DNA of 64,000 bases from the human T2T-CHM13v2.0 reference genome, Homo sapiens. The stretch lies in assembly GCF_009914755.1 (NCBI RefSeq), contig NC_060943.1; one strand, written 5' to 3'. A model generated the notes under the pieces. That model searched no databases. It saw only the letters and a program-made list of their open reading frames with translations, and had not been told where the DNA came from. Shown here one piece after another: positions 1 through 16,948 of the stretch (position 1 is the first letter of the stretch; every line of letters starts with the position of its first letter). The position numbers and the translations under genes were made by a program.

Positions 1-720
1 CAGGATAACAGCGATTTTCAGGGAACAAGGGAGATAACCTTAAAGTCTGGCTGCCTGTGGGACGGGCAGGACAGAGCCATATTTCTCCTATTACCAAAAA
101 CGGGTAAGAGAAATATCGCTGAATTCTTTCCCCAGTAAGGAATATTAATAATTAACAGCCCTGGGAAAATAATGCATTCCCAGGGCAGTGCCTCTAAAAT
201 GGCTGCCCTGGGAGTGTCTGCCTTATGCACATGTAGATAGGGATGAAACACACCCTAGTCTCCTGCAGCGCCCCCAGGCTTGCTAGGATTAGGAAATTCC
301 AGCCTGGCGAACTCTAGTCAGACCAGTTCTCTGCTCTTGAACCCTGTTAAGATGTTTATAAATGACAATGCGTGCACAGCAGGACATGGAAGCTCATGAG
401 TGATTCTAGTTTTGCCCTGACCTTGTGATCTCGCCCTGACCTTCTGCCTTGTGATCTTTTGTTGCCCTTAAAGCATGTGATCTCTGTGACCCACACCCTA
501 TTCGTACACTCCCTCCCCTTTGAAAATTGCCAATAAAAACTTGCTGGTTTTATGGCTCGGGGGCATCACGGAACCTGCTGACATGTGATGTCTCCCCCAG
601 ACACCCAGCTTTAAAATTTATCTCTTTTGTACTCTTTCCCTTTATTTCTCAGACCAGCCGACACTTAGGGAAAATAGAAAAGAACCCACATTGAATTATC
701 GGGGGTGGGTTCCCCCGATA
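1..720 (+). mobile_element. ERVK-class LTR, MER11-like (3' part)
   Basis: Ends ...gaaaatagaaaagaacc...ggttcccccgata; internal AATAAA at about 532; family from memory. Confidence 0.75.
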
Positions 721-735
721 CTACATGTCATATGG

Positions 736-1765
736 TGAAACCACCTTTGTAAAAATTATAACTGAGAAAATTATGACAGTGAGAGATCTGACCTAACCAA
801 CTCCATCTTGCTTCTAACCTCCAAGCTGTCCTTGTTCGTTCCTGAGCATAGGCCTAACTAACTTTGGGAGAAACTCAGTTTACAGTTTAACTTTGAAGCA
901 AAGATAACAGCCCTTTCCCTCTAGGCCGGGCATGGTGGTTCACCCCTGTAATCCCAGCACTTTGGCAGGCCGAGGCAGGCGGATCACGAGTTCAGGAGAT
1001 CGAGACCATTCTGGCTAACATGGTGAAACCCTGTCTCTACTAAAAATACAAAAAATTAGCCAGGTGTGGTGGCGGGCACCTGTAGTCCCAGCTACTCAGG
1101 AGGCTGAGGCAGGAGAATGGCATGAACCCCGGGAGGTAGAGCTTGCAGTGAGCTGAGATCGCCTCCAGCCCGGGCAACAGAGCGAGACTCCATCTCAAAA
1201 ACAAAAACAAACAAAAAAACCCAGCCCTTTCCTGAAACAAACCCTCTTCTTGTCTGGGGACCAGACTGCCTTTGTAGGATTAACAAAAGCCACAAGATTA
1301 GAGAGTATGGTTTAGGAGTCATGCAGCCAGGGGCCAGGGGTCACAAGATTTTAAACCTTCCCAATTGCTACTGGGGATAACATCACTATTGTAAAACCTA
1401 AGATTGGTGCTCGAGATATTTTTCAGACCCAGCACTCGATGGATCAGCTAGTGCCACCCAGATTGATAAACTGGGTCATCTGGTCCTGTGGTCCCCACCC
1501 TGGAATTTACTCAGTGCAGTTAGTCAACTTTGACTCCCTGTGATTTCATCTCTAACCCAACTAATCAGCACTCCCCACTACCTGGCCCCCCACCCACCAA
1601 ATTATCCCTGAAAACCTCTGATCACTGAATTTTCAGGGAGATCAAGTTGAGTAATAACTCTGTTTCTCCCATGGCATGGCTGGCCCTGTGTCAGTTAAAG
1701 ACTTTGTTTACTGCAATGCCGTGGTCTTTTTGTAGCAGGCAAAAAGAACCCATTGGGTGGTTACA
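736..1765 (+). mobile_element. Solo ERV1 LTR (LTR8-like) with an AluY inserted at about 924-1219
   Basis: TGAAACC...GGTTACA termini; 4-bp TSD ATGG on both sides. Confidence 0.8.
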
Positions 1766-2123
1766 ATGGTAGATAACAGGGCCCAGGACAGAATTCCTGC
1801 TGGGTGCATAAAAGCTATTGTCATTACCAACACCATCATCACAAGAATCTTACAAACACTGCTGTGGGGCGGCAGGGAAGAGACACCTCTGTGCAGTCTT
1901 TTGGATGTTTGTCAAAATATACAATGACTCTAACTCAGCAAGTACCGCCTCAGAGGGAATAGTTATGATTTTTACATGAAAGCACACCATAGTAACATTT
2001 GCCTACTTGATTTTATTTTATTATTTTCTTATAGCTGCATTTTTTTGTTTTTCTAAATTTATAAAATAATATATAATTATTGTATGCAACATGATGTTTT
2101 GAAATATAGATACATTGTGGAAT

Positions 2124-2919
2124 TGATAGGGACAGGAGGTAGGGAAATTCTGGGCAGAAGAGGCCAGGTCCATCAAGCTGAAAATCTTGATACCACGGCC
2201 CAAAGTGAGAACTTACATCCCTGTTTTCCCACTCAAATGTTGCCTTTTCCAAAACCACCCGTGGCTCACCCTGCCCCCCATCCTATGCCCATAAAAACCC
2301 CAGGCTCAGCCGGCAGAGAGAAGAAAAGCAGCTGGACATTGGAGACTATGGTTGGATGTTGGAGAGAAGCAGGCTGACTTCAAAGGGACAGCTTGACAGC
2401 GTAGCTTTGGAGAGGATGGCCAGGGATGGCCAAACTTCAGGGGACGATTACCTTCCTGCTCCATCCCCTTTTCAGCTCCTCTTCCTGCTGAGAGCCACTT
2501 TCACCGGCAATAAAATCCCCTGCATTTACCATCTTCAATTTGTTTGTGTGACCTCATTCCTCCTGGATGCCAGACAAAAACTTGGGTGCCATGAGTGTGG
2601 GTACAAAAGGCTGTCGCACTGACCCTCCACTGAGCTGTTAACACTTAAGCTATGCATGGATGGCAAAGCTAAAAGGGCACTGTAACACTTCGTCAGGGGC
2701 TTCAGGGGTCACAGCACCTTCCCCTAGACACTGCCGTGGGGCTAGTATGGAATTTGCTCTTGCCAGCACCCAAAAGCCCTCACCCTGTCTCCTGCACCCA
2801 CTCACCTGTGCTCCCCTCCCCATGAGGGGTGGAACAACAAGCGAGTGGAGTTCGTCCCTGACAGCGCCCATGTACTCTAGTTCCCATCCAAGAAGGGGTC
2901 AGGGAAATATCCTGCTTCA
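2124..2919 (+). mobile_element. Solo ERV1 LTR (LTR1/LTR27/LTR28-like) inserted in an L1 fragment
   Basis: TG...CA termini; TSD GAAT (2120-2123 and 2920-2923); internal AATAAA. Confidence 0.75.
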
Positions 2920-3259
2920 GAATGACTAAATCAAGCTCATTAACATATGCATCACTTCACATTGTTTTGTTTTGAGACAGGGTCTCATTCTCTCACCCAG
3001 GCTGGAGTACGGTGGCACTATCGTGGCTCACAGCAGCCTTGACCTCTTGAGCTCAAGCCATCCTCCCACTTCAGCCTCCCGAGAAGTTGAGACTACAGAC
3101 GTGCACCACAACACCCAGCTAGTTTTTTGTATCTTCTGCAGAGATGGAGTTTCACCATGTTGTCTAGGCTGGTCTCAAACTCCTGGGCTCAAGCACTCCT
3201 CCTTGCCTTGGTCTCCCAAAGTGCTGCGATTACTGGTGTGAGCCATGGCACCAGCCTTA

Positions 3260-3800
3260 GTTATCTTTTTTGTGTTGAGAAGACTTAAAATCTACTCTTT
3301 AAGCATTTGTCAAGAATACACCGTAACTACAGTCACCAGGTTGTACAATAGATCTCTTGAACTTATTCCTCCTAGCTACCTGAAATTTTATATCCTTTGA
3401 CCAACATTGCCCCACTCCCACCACCTGGCAACCTCAGCCTCTGGTAACCAACATTTCACTCTATTTCTATGAGACAACTTTTTTAGGTTCCATATATGAG
3501 TGGGATTATGTAGTATTTGTCCTCTGTGCCTGACTTATTTCACTTAATATAATGTCCTCCGGTTCAACCTTGTTGTCCCAATTGACAGGATTTTCTTCTC
3601 TTTTATGACCAAATAGTATTCAGTTGTGTATCTCTACCACATTGTACAAATCCGTTTATCTGTTGATGAGCACTTCAGTCGCTTGACTATTGTGAACATT
3701 GCTGCAATGAATATGGCAGTGCAGATATCTTTTTGACATACCAATTTCAATTCCTTGTGATGTATACTCAGTAGTGGGATTCCTGGGTCATATGGTAATT
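3260..3800 (-). mobile_element. L1M 3'-end fragment (continues around the LTR and Alu from about 2060)
   Basis: Typical antisense L1 3' UTR text (catatatgagtgggattatgtagtatttgtc...). Confidence 0.75.
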
Positions 3801-3939
3801 TTATTTTTATTTTTATTGATTTATTTCTTTGGGACAGGGTCTTGCTCTAAAGCCCACTCTGGAGTGCAGTGGCATGATCATAGCTCATTGCCATTTTGAC
3901 TTCCCAGGCTCAAGTGATCCTCCCGCCTCAGCCCCCTGA

Positions 3940-4203
<264 letters not shown>

Positions 4204-4294
4204 TGACCTCAAGTGATCTGCCTGCCTCAGCCTCCCAAAGTGCTGGCATTACAGGAGTGAGCCACTGCACCCAGCCACTAATTTATTTTTATCT

Positions 4295-4599
4295 GGAAAA
4301 GAAAAGAGGTTCATTTGGCTCAAGGTTCTACAGGCTGTACAGGAAACATGACATCAGCATCAGCCTCTGATGAGGCCTCAGGAAGCTTCCACTCATGATG
4401 GCAGGTGAAGGGGACCTGGTGTGTGGAGATCACATGGCAGGAAGCAAGGGAGAACTATTATTACTGTGGGGTCAGCACCAACACATTCATGAGGGATCCG
4501 CTCCCGTGAGCAAAACACCTCCCACTAGGCCCCACCTCCGACACTGGGGATCAGTTTGCAACCTGAGATTTGGAGGGGACAAATATCCAAATTATATCA
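4295..4599 (-). mobile_element. MaLR LTR (MST-type)
   Basis: Ends ...ggggacaaatatccaaattatatca. Confidence 0.75.
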
Positions 4600-4673
4600 G
4601 GTGGACAGTGTGGCTGAGGCTTTCCCTGCTTCAGACGGAATTGGACACAGGCTCTGGGAGAGAAGATACAAAG

Positions 4674-5185
4674 TGCCGAGACCAGCTCAGTCAGGGAGAC
4701 CCTAACCCAGCGGCACTAGAGGAATTAAAGACACACACACAGAAATATAGAGGTGTGGAGTGGGAAATCAGGGTTCTCACTGCCTTCAGAGCTGAGAGCC
4801 TCGAACAGAGGTTTACCCACGTATTTATTAACAGCAAGCCAGTGATAAGCATTGTTTCTATAGATTATAGATTAACTAAAAGTATTCCTTATGGGAAACA
4901 AAGGGATGGCCAAAACAAAGGGATGGGTATGGCTAGTTATCTGCAGCAGGAGCATGTCCTTAAGGCACAAATCGCTCATGCTATTGTTTGTGGTTTAAGA
5001 ATGCCTTTAAGCGGTTTTCCGCCCCAGGCGGGCCAGGTGTTCCTTGCTCTCATTCCGGCAAACCCACAACCTTTCAACATGGGCGTCATGGCCATCATGA
5101 ACATGTCACAGTGCTGTAGAGATTTTGTTTATGGCCAGTTTGGGGGCCAGTTTATGGCCAGATTTTGGGGGTCCTGTTCCCAACA
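4674..5185 (-). mobile_element. Solo MER9 (HERV-K9/HML-3) LTR
   Basis: Reverse complement starts TGTTGGGAACAGG...; 512 bp; TSD CAAAG on both sides. Confidence 0.8.
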
Positions 5186-5399
5186 CAAAGGGGTGAGGAA
5201 TGAGGTCGAGTGTTCCAACACAGTTTTAGCAAATGCAGGTACAGACACCCAGGGTGGGTGTAACTGAAACGCATGCTTCATGGAGATGCACTCAGCTGAG
5301 ATGCCTGATGTGTGTGGGGAGGGTGGGTGCAGGTTAGCCTGAGCATGGTGGCAGCGTGGGATTCGGACACAGAAATGATTTGCAGGAGTCAGAGGAGGG

Positions 5400-7890
5400 T
5401 CGGTGTGCTAGTAACCTACTGCTGCACAACAAATTATCCAAAAACGCAGAGGCTTAAAACAACATCCTTTTATTATCTCTTCGTTTCTGTGGGTCTGGAA
5501 CCCAGGCACGGCTCTGCTGGGTTCCCTGTTTCATGGTCTCTCCCAAGAATGCCATCAAGGTGCCAGCCAGGACAAATATCTCATCTCATGGCTCAACTGG
5601 AAAGGGGTCACTTCCAAGTTCATTCACTTCATACAACCTGTCGGACTGAGGGCCTCAGTTCTTCCCCGGCTTTTGGCCTGAAGCTGCTTTCAATTCCTTC
5701 CCTCTTGGGCCTTGCAGAACGGAGAGCTTGCTTCATTAAAGCAAGCAAACCAAGAAGGCAGTTGAGTTTGCCATAAGACAGAAGTCACAATCTTTTGTAA
5801 TCTCATCATGGAAGCCACCTCCCACCACCTTTGCCATATTCTTTGGGTTAGAAGCAAAGTCATAAAGTCGGGCCCACACTCAAGGGAAGAAAATGACACA
5901 AGGGCACCCAAACAGGAGGTGGAGGTTGTTGGAGGCCCTCTTAGAAGTCTGCCTAACACCAGTGGGGAGGTCCCGAGAGAAAAATATCTCAAACTACCCT
6001 CCCCCCGGGTCTGGACTCTCCTTGAGAACTATTTAAAGAGAGAATCTTTTAAGGGAATTAAGTGGCAAAGAAAAAAAGTTATAAAAATGCTAATACTCCA
6101 AAAACTTTCTGGGGAGTTCCTAATGGTTTATAAGCACTGTGCTTAGTTTCTTACGAGACTGCCTTTTAAAAATAGTAATTAATGGGCTGGGCGCGGTGGC
6201 TCGCATCTGTAATCCCAGCACTTTGGGAGGCCAAGGCGGGCGTATCACCTGAGGTCAGGAGTTGCAGACCAGCCTGGCCAATATAGTGAAACCCCATCTC
6301 TACTAAAAATCCAAAATATTAGCTGGGCGTGGTGGTGGGCACTTGTACTCCCAGCTACTCAGGAGGCTGAGGCAGCAGAATCACTTGAACTCAGGAGGCA
6401 GAGATTGCAGCAAGCCACGATCGTGCCACTGCACTCCAGCCTGGGCAACAGAGTGAGACTCCATCTCAACAAAACAAAACAAAAAATAGTAATTAATGGA
6501 AAACAGGTAATTCACCTGTAATTTATCAAAACCAAAGCTTCCTCACCCCAACCCCTACACAGGGTCAAATTCAGTGTTTTGTCCTCGGGAAAAACCTGAC
6601 AGTGTTCTAGTTGTCTTTTGCTGCACCACAATCATCCCAAAGTTTCACAGCTTAGAGCGATGTGGGGGTTTTTTGGTTTGGGGTTTTTTGTTTGTGTGTT
6701 TTTTAAGACAGAGTCTCAGTCTATCACCCAGGCTGGAGTGCAGTGGTGCAATCACTGCTCACTGAAGCTTTGACCTCCCGGGTTCAAGCGATTCTCCCGC
6801 CTCAGCCTCCCTAGTAGCTAAGACCACAGGCTCATACCAACACACCTGGTTAATTTTTTAATTTTTTGTAGAGACAGGGTTTTTCCATGTTGTCCAGGCT
6901 CGTCTCAAACTCCTGGTCCCAAGCATTCATCCCATCCCAGCCTCCCAAAGTGCTGGGATTGCAGGCACGAGCCACTGCTCCAGAATCAAAGCAATGTTTA
7001 TTCTGCTCACGAATCTACAACTTGGATAGGACTCACTGGGGCTCATGTCTGCTTCACTCAGCATCAGCTGGGCCACTTGAAGACAGGGGACTGGAACCTT
7101 CTGAAAGCTCTCTCACTTACAAGTCTGGCAATTGATGCTGGCTCTCAGATGGGGCTGTGACCAGGATACCTACAGGTGGCTTTTCTGTGCATCTGCTTGG
7201 GCTTCCTCACAGCATGGAGACTGGGTTCCGAGGATGAGCACCCTGAGAAAGAGAGAGCCAGGCAGAAGTTATCCCCTTTTATGACTTAGCCTTCAAAGTC
7301 ACCTGGGGTCACTCCTGCCACAGTCTCAGGCCTGCTAGATTGAAGGGATGGGAACATAAATCCCATATCTCCATGAAGGAGATCAAGTCATCGAGGTCAT
7401 TGTAAGGAGGGCATGTGGCATAGGATATATCCGTGCATTCACCTTTGGAAAATACAATCAGCCACAGAGAGCAAACAACCCCACCACCATCCCACCCCTG
7501 AGCTTTCACGGGTGTCAGTGACAACAAGCATCGTAGGATGAAAAGAAGTCAGCAATCATGAAAAAATAAAGCAGCAAGAAGTACAATCCTTTCCACCTCG
7601 TCTCCCATGAGAGCAGGAGGTTGGGAATGAATCCATCTCCCTGAACTAGAGAAGAGACGTGCAAGGTCACTGGGCCGAGCCTGTGGGTTTGGGTTTCTCA
7701 GCTGGCCTGTTACGATGAAGCTTGTTCTTGTCTATTGCTGCACACCAAATTACCATAAATTTAGCAGCTTTAAACAACACCCGTTTATTATCTCACAGTT
7801 TTGTAGGTCAGGAGTCCAAGCAGGCTTGGCTGGGTTCTGCTCCGGTCATTACAAGGCTGAAATCCAGGTGTCCGCCAGAAATTCTGTTAG
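5400..7890. mobile_element. Several MLT1 (MaLR) LTR fragments interrupted by Alus
   Basis: Repeated MLT1-type text (ctgcacaacaaattatcc, gcttaaaacaaca, gggcttcctcacagcatgg). Confidence 0.6.
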
Positions 7891-8214
7891 CCAGGGCTTC
7901 TATCATCAGTTCTTCTCTGCAGGGCGCTGCTAGGGAGGTCCTGACCACCAGAGGGCACTAGAACCACAATCCCGGTCCCAGGGAACTTTGCTTGTGCTCC
8001 CGCCCCTTTCTGTCAAAATGCTGTCCGGCCACCAGCGGCAGCAGCGTCTGGGAACTTGTTTGAAAAGCAGAACCTCAGGACTTAAAACCAGACCTGCTGA
8101 ATCAAAATCTGCATTTTGTCAACTCCCCCACCCAGGCAATTGGTGTGCACCCTTGAGGGCCAGGCTGTAACTCAGTGGTTCTCTACCTTGGCTGCGTGTT
8201 AGAACCACCAGAGG

Positions 8215-8545
<331 letters not shown>

Positions 8546-9943
8546 CAGAGGAACTTTTAAAATCCCTGATGCAAGGGACTACCCCCAGAGATTTTGATTG
8601 CATTGGTCTGGGGTGCAGCCTGCTGCCCGGATTGTTAAAAGTTTCCCTGGGGATTTTACTGTGCAGTTAAGGTTGAGAAGGGCTGCAAGCCTGGGTCATT
8701 GCACACTGTAAGAACCTTGTGTATGAATGGAACTGTGCTATGGAACAACTCCACACCACCTGTGTGTGTAGGCATAGGAGAAACACATAAACCCTGACCC
8801 TCAAGGGTCTCCTGGAATGCAAGACCTCAGCCCTCAGGGGCCTTCAGATAAAGGTGCGGTCAGGGCAAACATGGAACACCAAGGACGTGTGATATTATTT
8901 TCCAGGTGCTTCAAAGACTCAAGTCAAACACCAACTGCTCAGATAGCAAATTCTAGTTCACCCACCCCACCCATGCTCAGTGATGGGGCTCACGGCAGTT
9001 TCCTGTAAGTGTTTGCTGGGCTCGCCTTTCTAACTCCACTGTGGGCCCCCTGAGAGAAGTAATGAGTCGGGTCCCCACTCAATGGAGCCCTGTTCGCAGT
9101 TGCTTTTGTGACGTAGGAAGAAACCAGCTGGTGGTGGAATTGGTGAGTTGTGCTCCAGGAAAGAAGGTGCCTGGAAGACAGAGATCAGCGATGTTAGGAG
9201 GCACTCTAAAAAAATATATTCTTTCCTATTTATATAGAGCTTCATGGTTCCCAAAGCACTCTTAGGTGCACTGTTGCATTTTTGTAACACCCATCTGCAT
9301 TAGATTAGAGTTTATCTGTACAGATGAGGAAAACTGAGTGACAGAGGCGTAAATAGATATGCGGGAATTTGCATGAGTCAGGCAGAATTAGAACAAGAAA
9401 TCGCCTTCCTAAATTTCCTAATTTCCTATATGCTGTTTCCAGGATGTAGCAATACCCAGCTTCTGACTTCTCTTTCCTCACCGTTGAGACCATTTCTGGG
9501 GGATTTTGTCTTCATTCTTTCTTTTTGTTCTCCTCCCCAAAATTGTGGGTTTGTTTAGTCATTCTGGAATTCTCTGTTAATCTCCCACCAAATGTCCATT
9601 GACGTACTTGATTTCTCATTTTTGAAGGAAGATTCACCAGGTGTAAATTCTTAATATATGCTAGCAAAGACAATGATTTCATCACATTATAAACTTCTCG
9701 AATGCAAGAAACTTATTTCCCATTTTATCTCTAGCACCTTTGACAAATATTTGTGGAATGAATGAATAATGAATGAAGGGGATTTGCAAAGTTAAATGTG
9801 AGTGAGGGAGGAAGCAGACCCAGGAAATTAATCTGGAGCCAGTCTGCAGGTGGTGTGGTGGGCGTGGTTGTAACCTCTGGACCAAGAGCTGTGAACGATG
9901 GTGCACAAAGAAATACTGTCAGCACCACAGAGAGTGGGTTTTA

Positions 9944-11468
<1,525 letters not shown>

Positions 11469-12379
11469 CTGCTTCATCAGAATGCTCTGAGGCTCCATAC
11501 CCCAGGCCCACCCTGCACTGGCCAGCTCCCCCTGCCCTTCTCCCCATTGCTGTACTCCCACCCTCCTCCACTTTCTTCCCTGAGAGCTGGCTCCCAGGGT
11601 CTGCAGGGCTCATCCAGGTTGGTTCTGTGGCCAAGGGGCATGGTTCCAGCTCAGCCCCTTCTGCCCCTTGGACTTGAGAACCAGGGTCTGCAGTCCACAG
11701 TGGAGTAGGCCTTGTGTATGGGCTCTGGGTCCATACTTAGGACCTTATGAGGGGCAGGTGATGGTAGAGGAAGAGGCTACCCCTAGTGGGCATTTGATTG
11801 GCAATGGGAAGGCTTAGAAAGGGGTCACAGGCTGGAGAGCTTCATGGACTGCATCCCACCATGAAGGAAATGGAAACTTGGCTTTTCCATTCTCAGGTTA
11901 CAAGGGAAGAAACTTTCATGATGGTGTTGATAAAGAATATTCTGACTGAATAAGTTGGGGCCAATTTGGGGTTGGGTCTCAGGGAAATGAAGAGGCTGTA
12001 AGAGCCCAAATCTTTCCCTTCACGTGGCCCCCAGAGTCTTTAAACTCTCCTACTTCTTCAAGGCCCAAGCCCCTTCCTTCAACTCATCTTGGATCACACG
12101 TGAACAAAGTAACAAACATTTATTAAGAATTTGTATTCACAGCCTGGCACAGTGGCTCACGCCTGTAATCCCAGCACTTCGGGGAGGCCGAGGCTGGTGG
12201 ATCACCTGAGGTCAGGAGTTCGAGATCAGCCTGGCCAACATGGCGAAACCCCGTCTGTACTAAAAATCCAAAAAATTAGCCGGGCATCGTGGCGGGCACC
12301 TGTAATCCCAGCAACTTGGAAGGCTGAGGCAGAGAATCGCTTGAACCCGGGGGGCAGATGTTGCAGTGAGCCGAGATCA

Positions 12380-12616
<237 letters not shown>

Positions 12617-13474
12617 TTATCTCAAAAAAACAAAAAATCACCCAATTCTGTGCCACAGGGAAACTTTTGGGGACTATGAATGCACACATTTGCTAGAAGC
12701 CATTGAAGTATACACTCAAAATGAGTACATTGTGTGTGTAAATTATACCTCAATAAGTTGATTTAAAAAAACTGCATCAGAAGATTGGCAAGAATATTGG
12801 TAATTGTCAAAGCTGGATGATGGACACGTGGCAGCTCATTATGCTTTTCTCTCTACTTTTGAGAATGTTTAAATTTTTCATAATAAAAAAATAAATTTAT
12901 TCTGTGCTAATACATTTAGTTCTGGGAAGCAAAGTGTCATTGGGTATGTAAGAGTCACACTTTAATTCTTCCATGTCACAAGCAATTCACTGAGCACCAG
13001 CCTTGTGCCAAACATTGGGCTGGTACACTGGAAATCTTATGACAAGGTCACAGCCTGCCCTTGTCCCGATGGTTTGCACAGTGGAGGGAAAGAGAAGGGC
13101 GCTTAACAAATAATTGCCCAGGTAAATGGTGACTTTCATAATCCATATAAAGAAGCCAGATGCCATCAGATATGATGGAAGAACCCACCTTGCTCTAGGC
13201 AATCAGAAAGGCTTTCTAGAGGAGGTGGTGGTTAGACTGGGTGCTGAAGGATGAATAGGAGAGTGAGAGAAAAATACAGGAGCATTTGTTGTTATTGTTG
13301 TTGTTGTTTTGAGACAGGGTCTCATTCTGCTTCCCAGACTGGAGTGCAGTGGCACTCACTATATAGTGGCACTCATAGCTCACCATAAACTCGACCTATT
13401 GAGCTCAAGCGATCATCCCGCCTCAGCTTCCCCATTAGCTGAGACCACAGGTGCCCTCCACTATGTCCGGCTAA

Positions 13475-13630
<156 letters not shown>

Positions 13631-14491
13631 TAATTCAGCAAGCTTTTATGGCATCAATGCTATGTGATTAATTCCAAGTACTTTTCCCTGGGGAACTCTT
13701 ATTCTACCAGGAGATTCCAAATGGTGGTAAACACTTTATTATGATTCAAAGCGTTAATTACTATAATGGAAAAAACCTATCTCATTGGGAACCAAGGAGA
13801 GAAAGAATTCTTGGAGAGAATTATTGCTGAAGTATTTACAATGGAAGTTGCTGCTAAACTGGGTGTTAAAACACAGTTGATGTTCGCTAGGTGCACCAAA
13901 GGTCTGCATGAAGCAGAAGTGCTCCAGCTGTTCAAAACCTCAAATGAGCACTTTGTTCCAGGAAGAAAGACAAGGGCCTGAAACTGGACTTTGGAAAGCG
14001 GGTGGATTTGTAGAGGAAGGAAGAGCATTGCAGGAAGGTGGATCGCACAGGTTTTAAGGGGTACCTTCTGGTGGTGTGTGAGAGACAGAGTGAGTGGAGC
14101 TGAGGGAGCACCCTGAAGAGCAGGGGGATATTTGGCTGGGTGTTTAGCTAGGGTAGGGTCAACACGGAACCCTTCGATGCCAAGATGAGGAGGTTGGAAA
14201 GGACCCTGACAATGGGACCTCACTCCCAGTTGCATTCCCCTATCACTGCCTCAACTTTAGGTGTGTGGAAGAGCAGACCCTGGTGGCCTTTCAGTACCAA
14301 GAGTCATCTTTGGTCAAAATTGCTGAGGATCAGGTCTGACTAGGAGCACCTAGTCTGGCTGGAGGCAGAGGTGGCCAGGAGCCGAGCACCAGGGGAGAGA
14401 GAGCTCTCAGCATGATGAGGAGAGCACCATCCAGTTTACATATTTCTTTCTGGAGGAATCTTCAAGTTCTCCCAACTTGATTCAGGACAGG

Positions 14492-14967
14492 TGACCCCCA
14501 AACTGGGGCTTAGCATGTGAGGGTTCTTGGCTTTGCTCAAGAAAGAATTCAAGGGTGAGCAGTATGGGCCAGTGGTAGGGTAGAAGAAAAGAGGCTCATT
14601 GAAGAAGCCGTGTTACAGCTCCATGACTGCTCCTGCAGAGCAGGACTACCCGGTCCCGTAGGCAGACAGCAGCAGCTCAGAGCAGTTCTGCAGTCAGATT
14701 TATGCTCACATTTAATTGCACGTAGATTAAGGGGCAGTTTATGCAGACATTTCTAGGGAAGGGGTAGTAGCTTTGGGGTCATTATATCATTGCCATGGAA
14801 AGGGGTGGTGACTCTCCGGTGTTGCCATGGCAATGGTAAACTGACATGGCGCACTGGTGGGTGTGTCTTATGGAAAACTGCTTCCCTCCCGTCCCTGTTT
14901 TAGCTAGTTCTCAGTTTGGTCAGGTGTCTGAGCCTCACCTCTGGAGTTGAGCCCACCTCCTACCTCA
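14492..14967 (-). mobile_element. Solo ERV1 LTR (MER66-like)
   Basis: Reverse complement begins TGAGGTAGGAGGTGGGCTCAACTCC; family from memory. Confidence 0.6.
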
Positions 14968-15202
14968 CGGGTGTACTGCAGCCAGTGAGTGTCATTGAGT
15001 CCCTGCATATAACAAACAGACTCCGAGATCTGCCTTCACCCAGTGGCAGTTCATGACCTTTTGGACATGGTGCATAGATAGTGATAGAATAGAAAGGCAG
15101 TAACGTCATCCACTATGCATTGTCTTCGTTCTAATCACAAAATAAGTGTTTGAAAAATTAAGCATTATATTTTCAGGTGCCTTTCAAATTCTAGACCCAG
15201 CG

Positions 15203-15234
<32 letters not shown>

Positions 15235-15286
15235 TTATGCATAACACATCTATGTGCCGTATTTACTTTTTTTTTTTTTGAGATGA

Positions 15287-15472
<186 letters not shown>

Positions 15473-16687
15473 TGATCTCCTGACCAGCCTCCCAAAGTGC
15501 TAGGATTACAGCATGAGCCACTGCGCCCAGCCTTTATTTACTTTATAACTGTACTTACCTTATGTAATGAGTATATATGAAGTAGTGCTAAAATATACAT
15601 ATTTAACATTTAAATATCATGCAGCATTAAAAGACATGGCTGGGTCCAGTGGCTCCCATCTGTAATTCCAGCACTTTGGGAGACCGGCAGGCAGACGGAA
15701 TGAACCCAGGGTTTTGAGACCAGCCTGGGCAAGATGGTGAGACTCCATGCCTACAAACAATACAAAAATTAGCCAGGCATGGTGGCATGTGCCTGTAGTC
15801 CCAGCTACTCAAGAGGCTGGGGTGGGAGGATGGCTTGGGCATGGAAGACCAAGGCTGCAGTGAGCTGGGATGGCATCATTGCACTCCAGCCTGGGTGACA
15901 GAGCAAGACCCTGTCACAAAAAATAAATAAATAAACAAACAAACAATAAAAGACATATAAATAAATAACTGTCCTCTACCTTGCATCCACATCCCATAAT
16001 CAATCATTTTCGTCTTTTGGCTCTTCTATTATTGCTTTATGTTGCTGAATAATTTGCATATTCTAATATCTCTTTTGCATTTTAATCAGTATTATTGAAG
16101 GATAGTTTATATACAATAAAATGTGTCTCTTTTTTGTTACTTATCGTTTTGAAACACCTGTATTCCACATGTGTTTATTAGGTGTTTACGATGCTCTAAA
16201 AGTGCATTACAAATAAGTCATCAAACCACTAGCTTAGCAAATTCACACAGGCATGTCAGCAGTGGGGAAAATAAAACAATTAATTATAATGTCCCATTAA
16301 TAATATCCTGTAAATATCAAACACAACGCATTTTTTTTCTTTGTCCTCATTGCAAACTATACTGCCTAGGCCATCCGTAAACAAAAATTTTTGTGTGTAT
16401 TATAAGTATTTCCATCAGTTTGGGATTCTTAAACTCAAAATTCTTGGCTCTACCAGTTGCAAACTTTTAAAATTTTAATTCTAATCAGTCATATAAATGC
16501 ACAATAGCAAAAGTCAAAGAATTCAACAAGATTTCTAAACCCAGCAGCTCTCTTCTCTACTCCATGCCGTCCCACCCCATCCCCCTCTCCAGAATTAGCC
16601 ACTCTCTCTTTTAGTGCATAGTTCTATTTTCATCTCCTTTTTTTTTTTTTTTTGAGTTGGAATTTCACTCTGTTGCCCAGGCTGTAG

Positions 16688-16948
<261 letters not shown>

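Noticed and set aside
4395-5267. 290-aa ORF
   Set aside because: Chance read-through across antisense MST and MER9 LTR sequence; no domain or splice structure.
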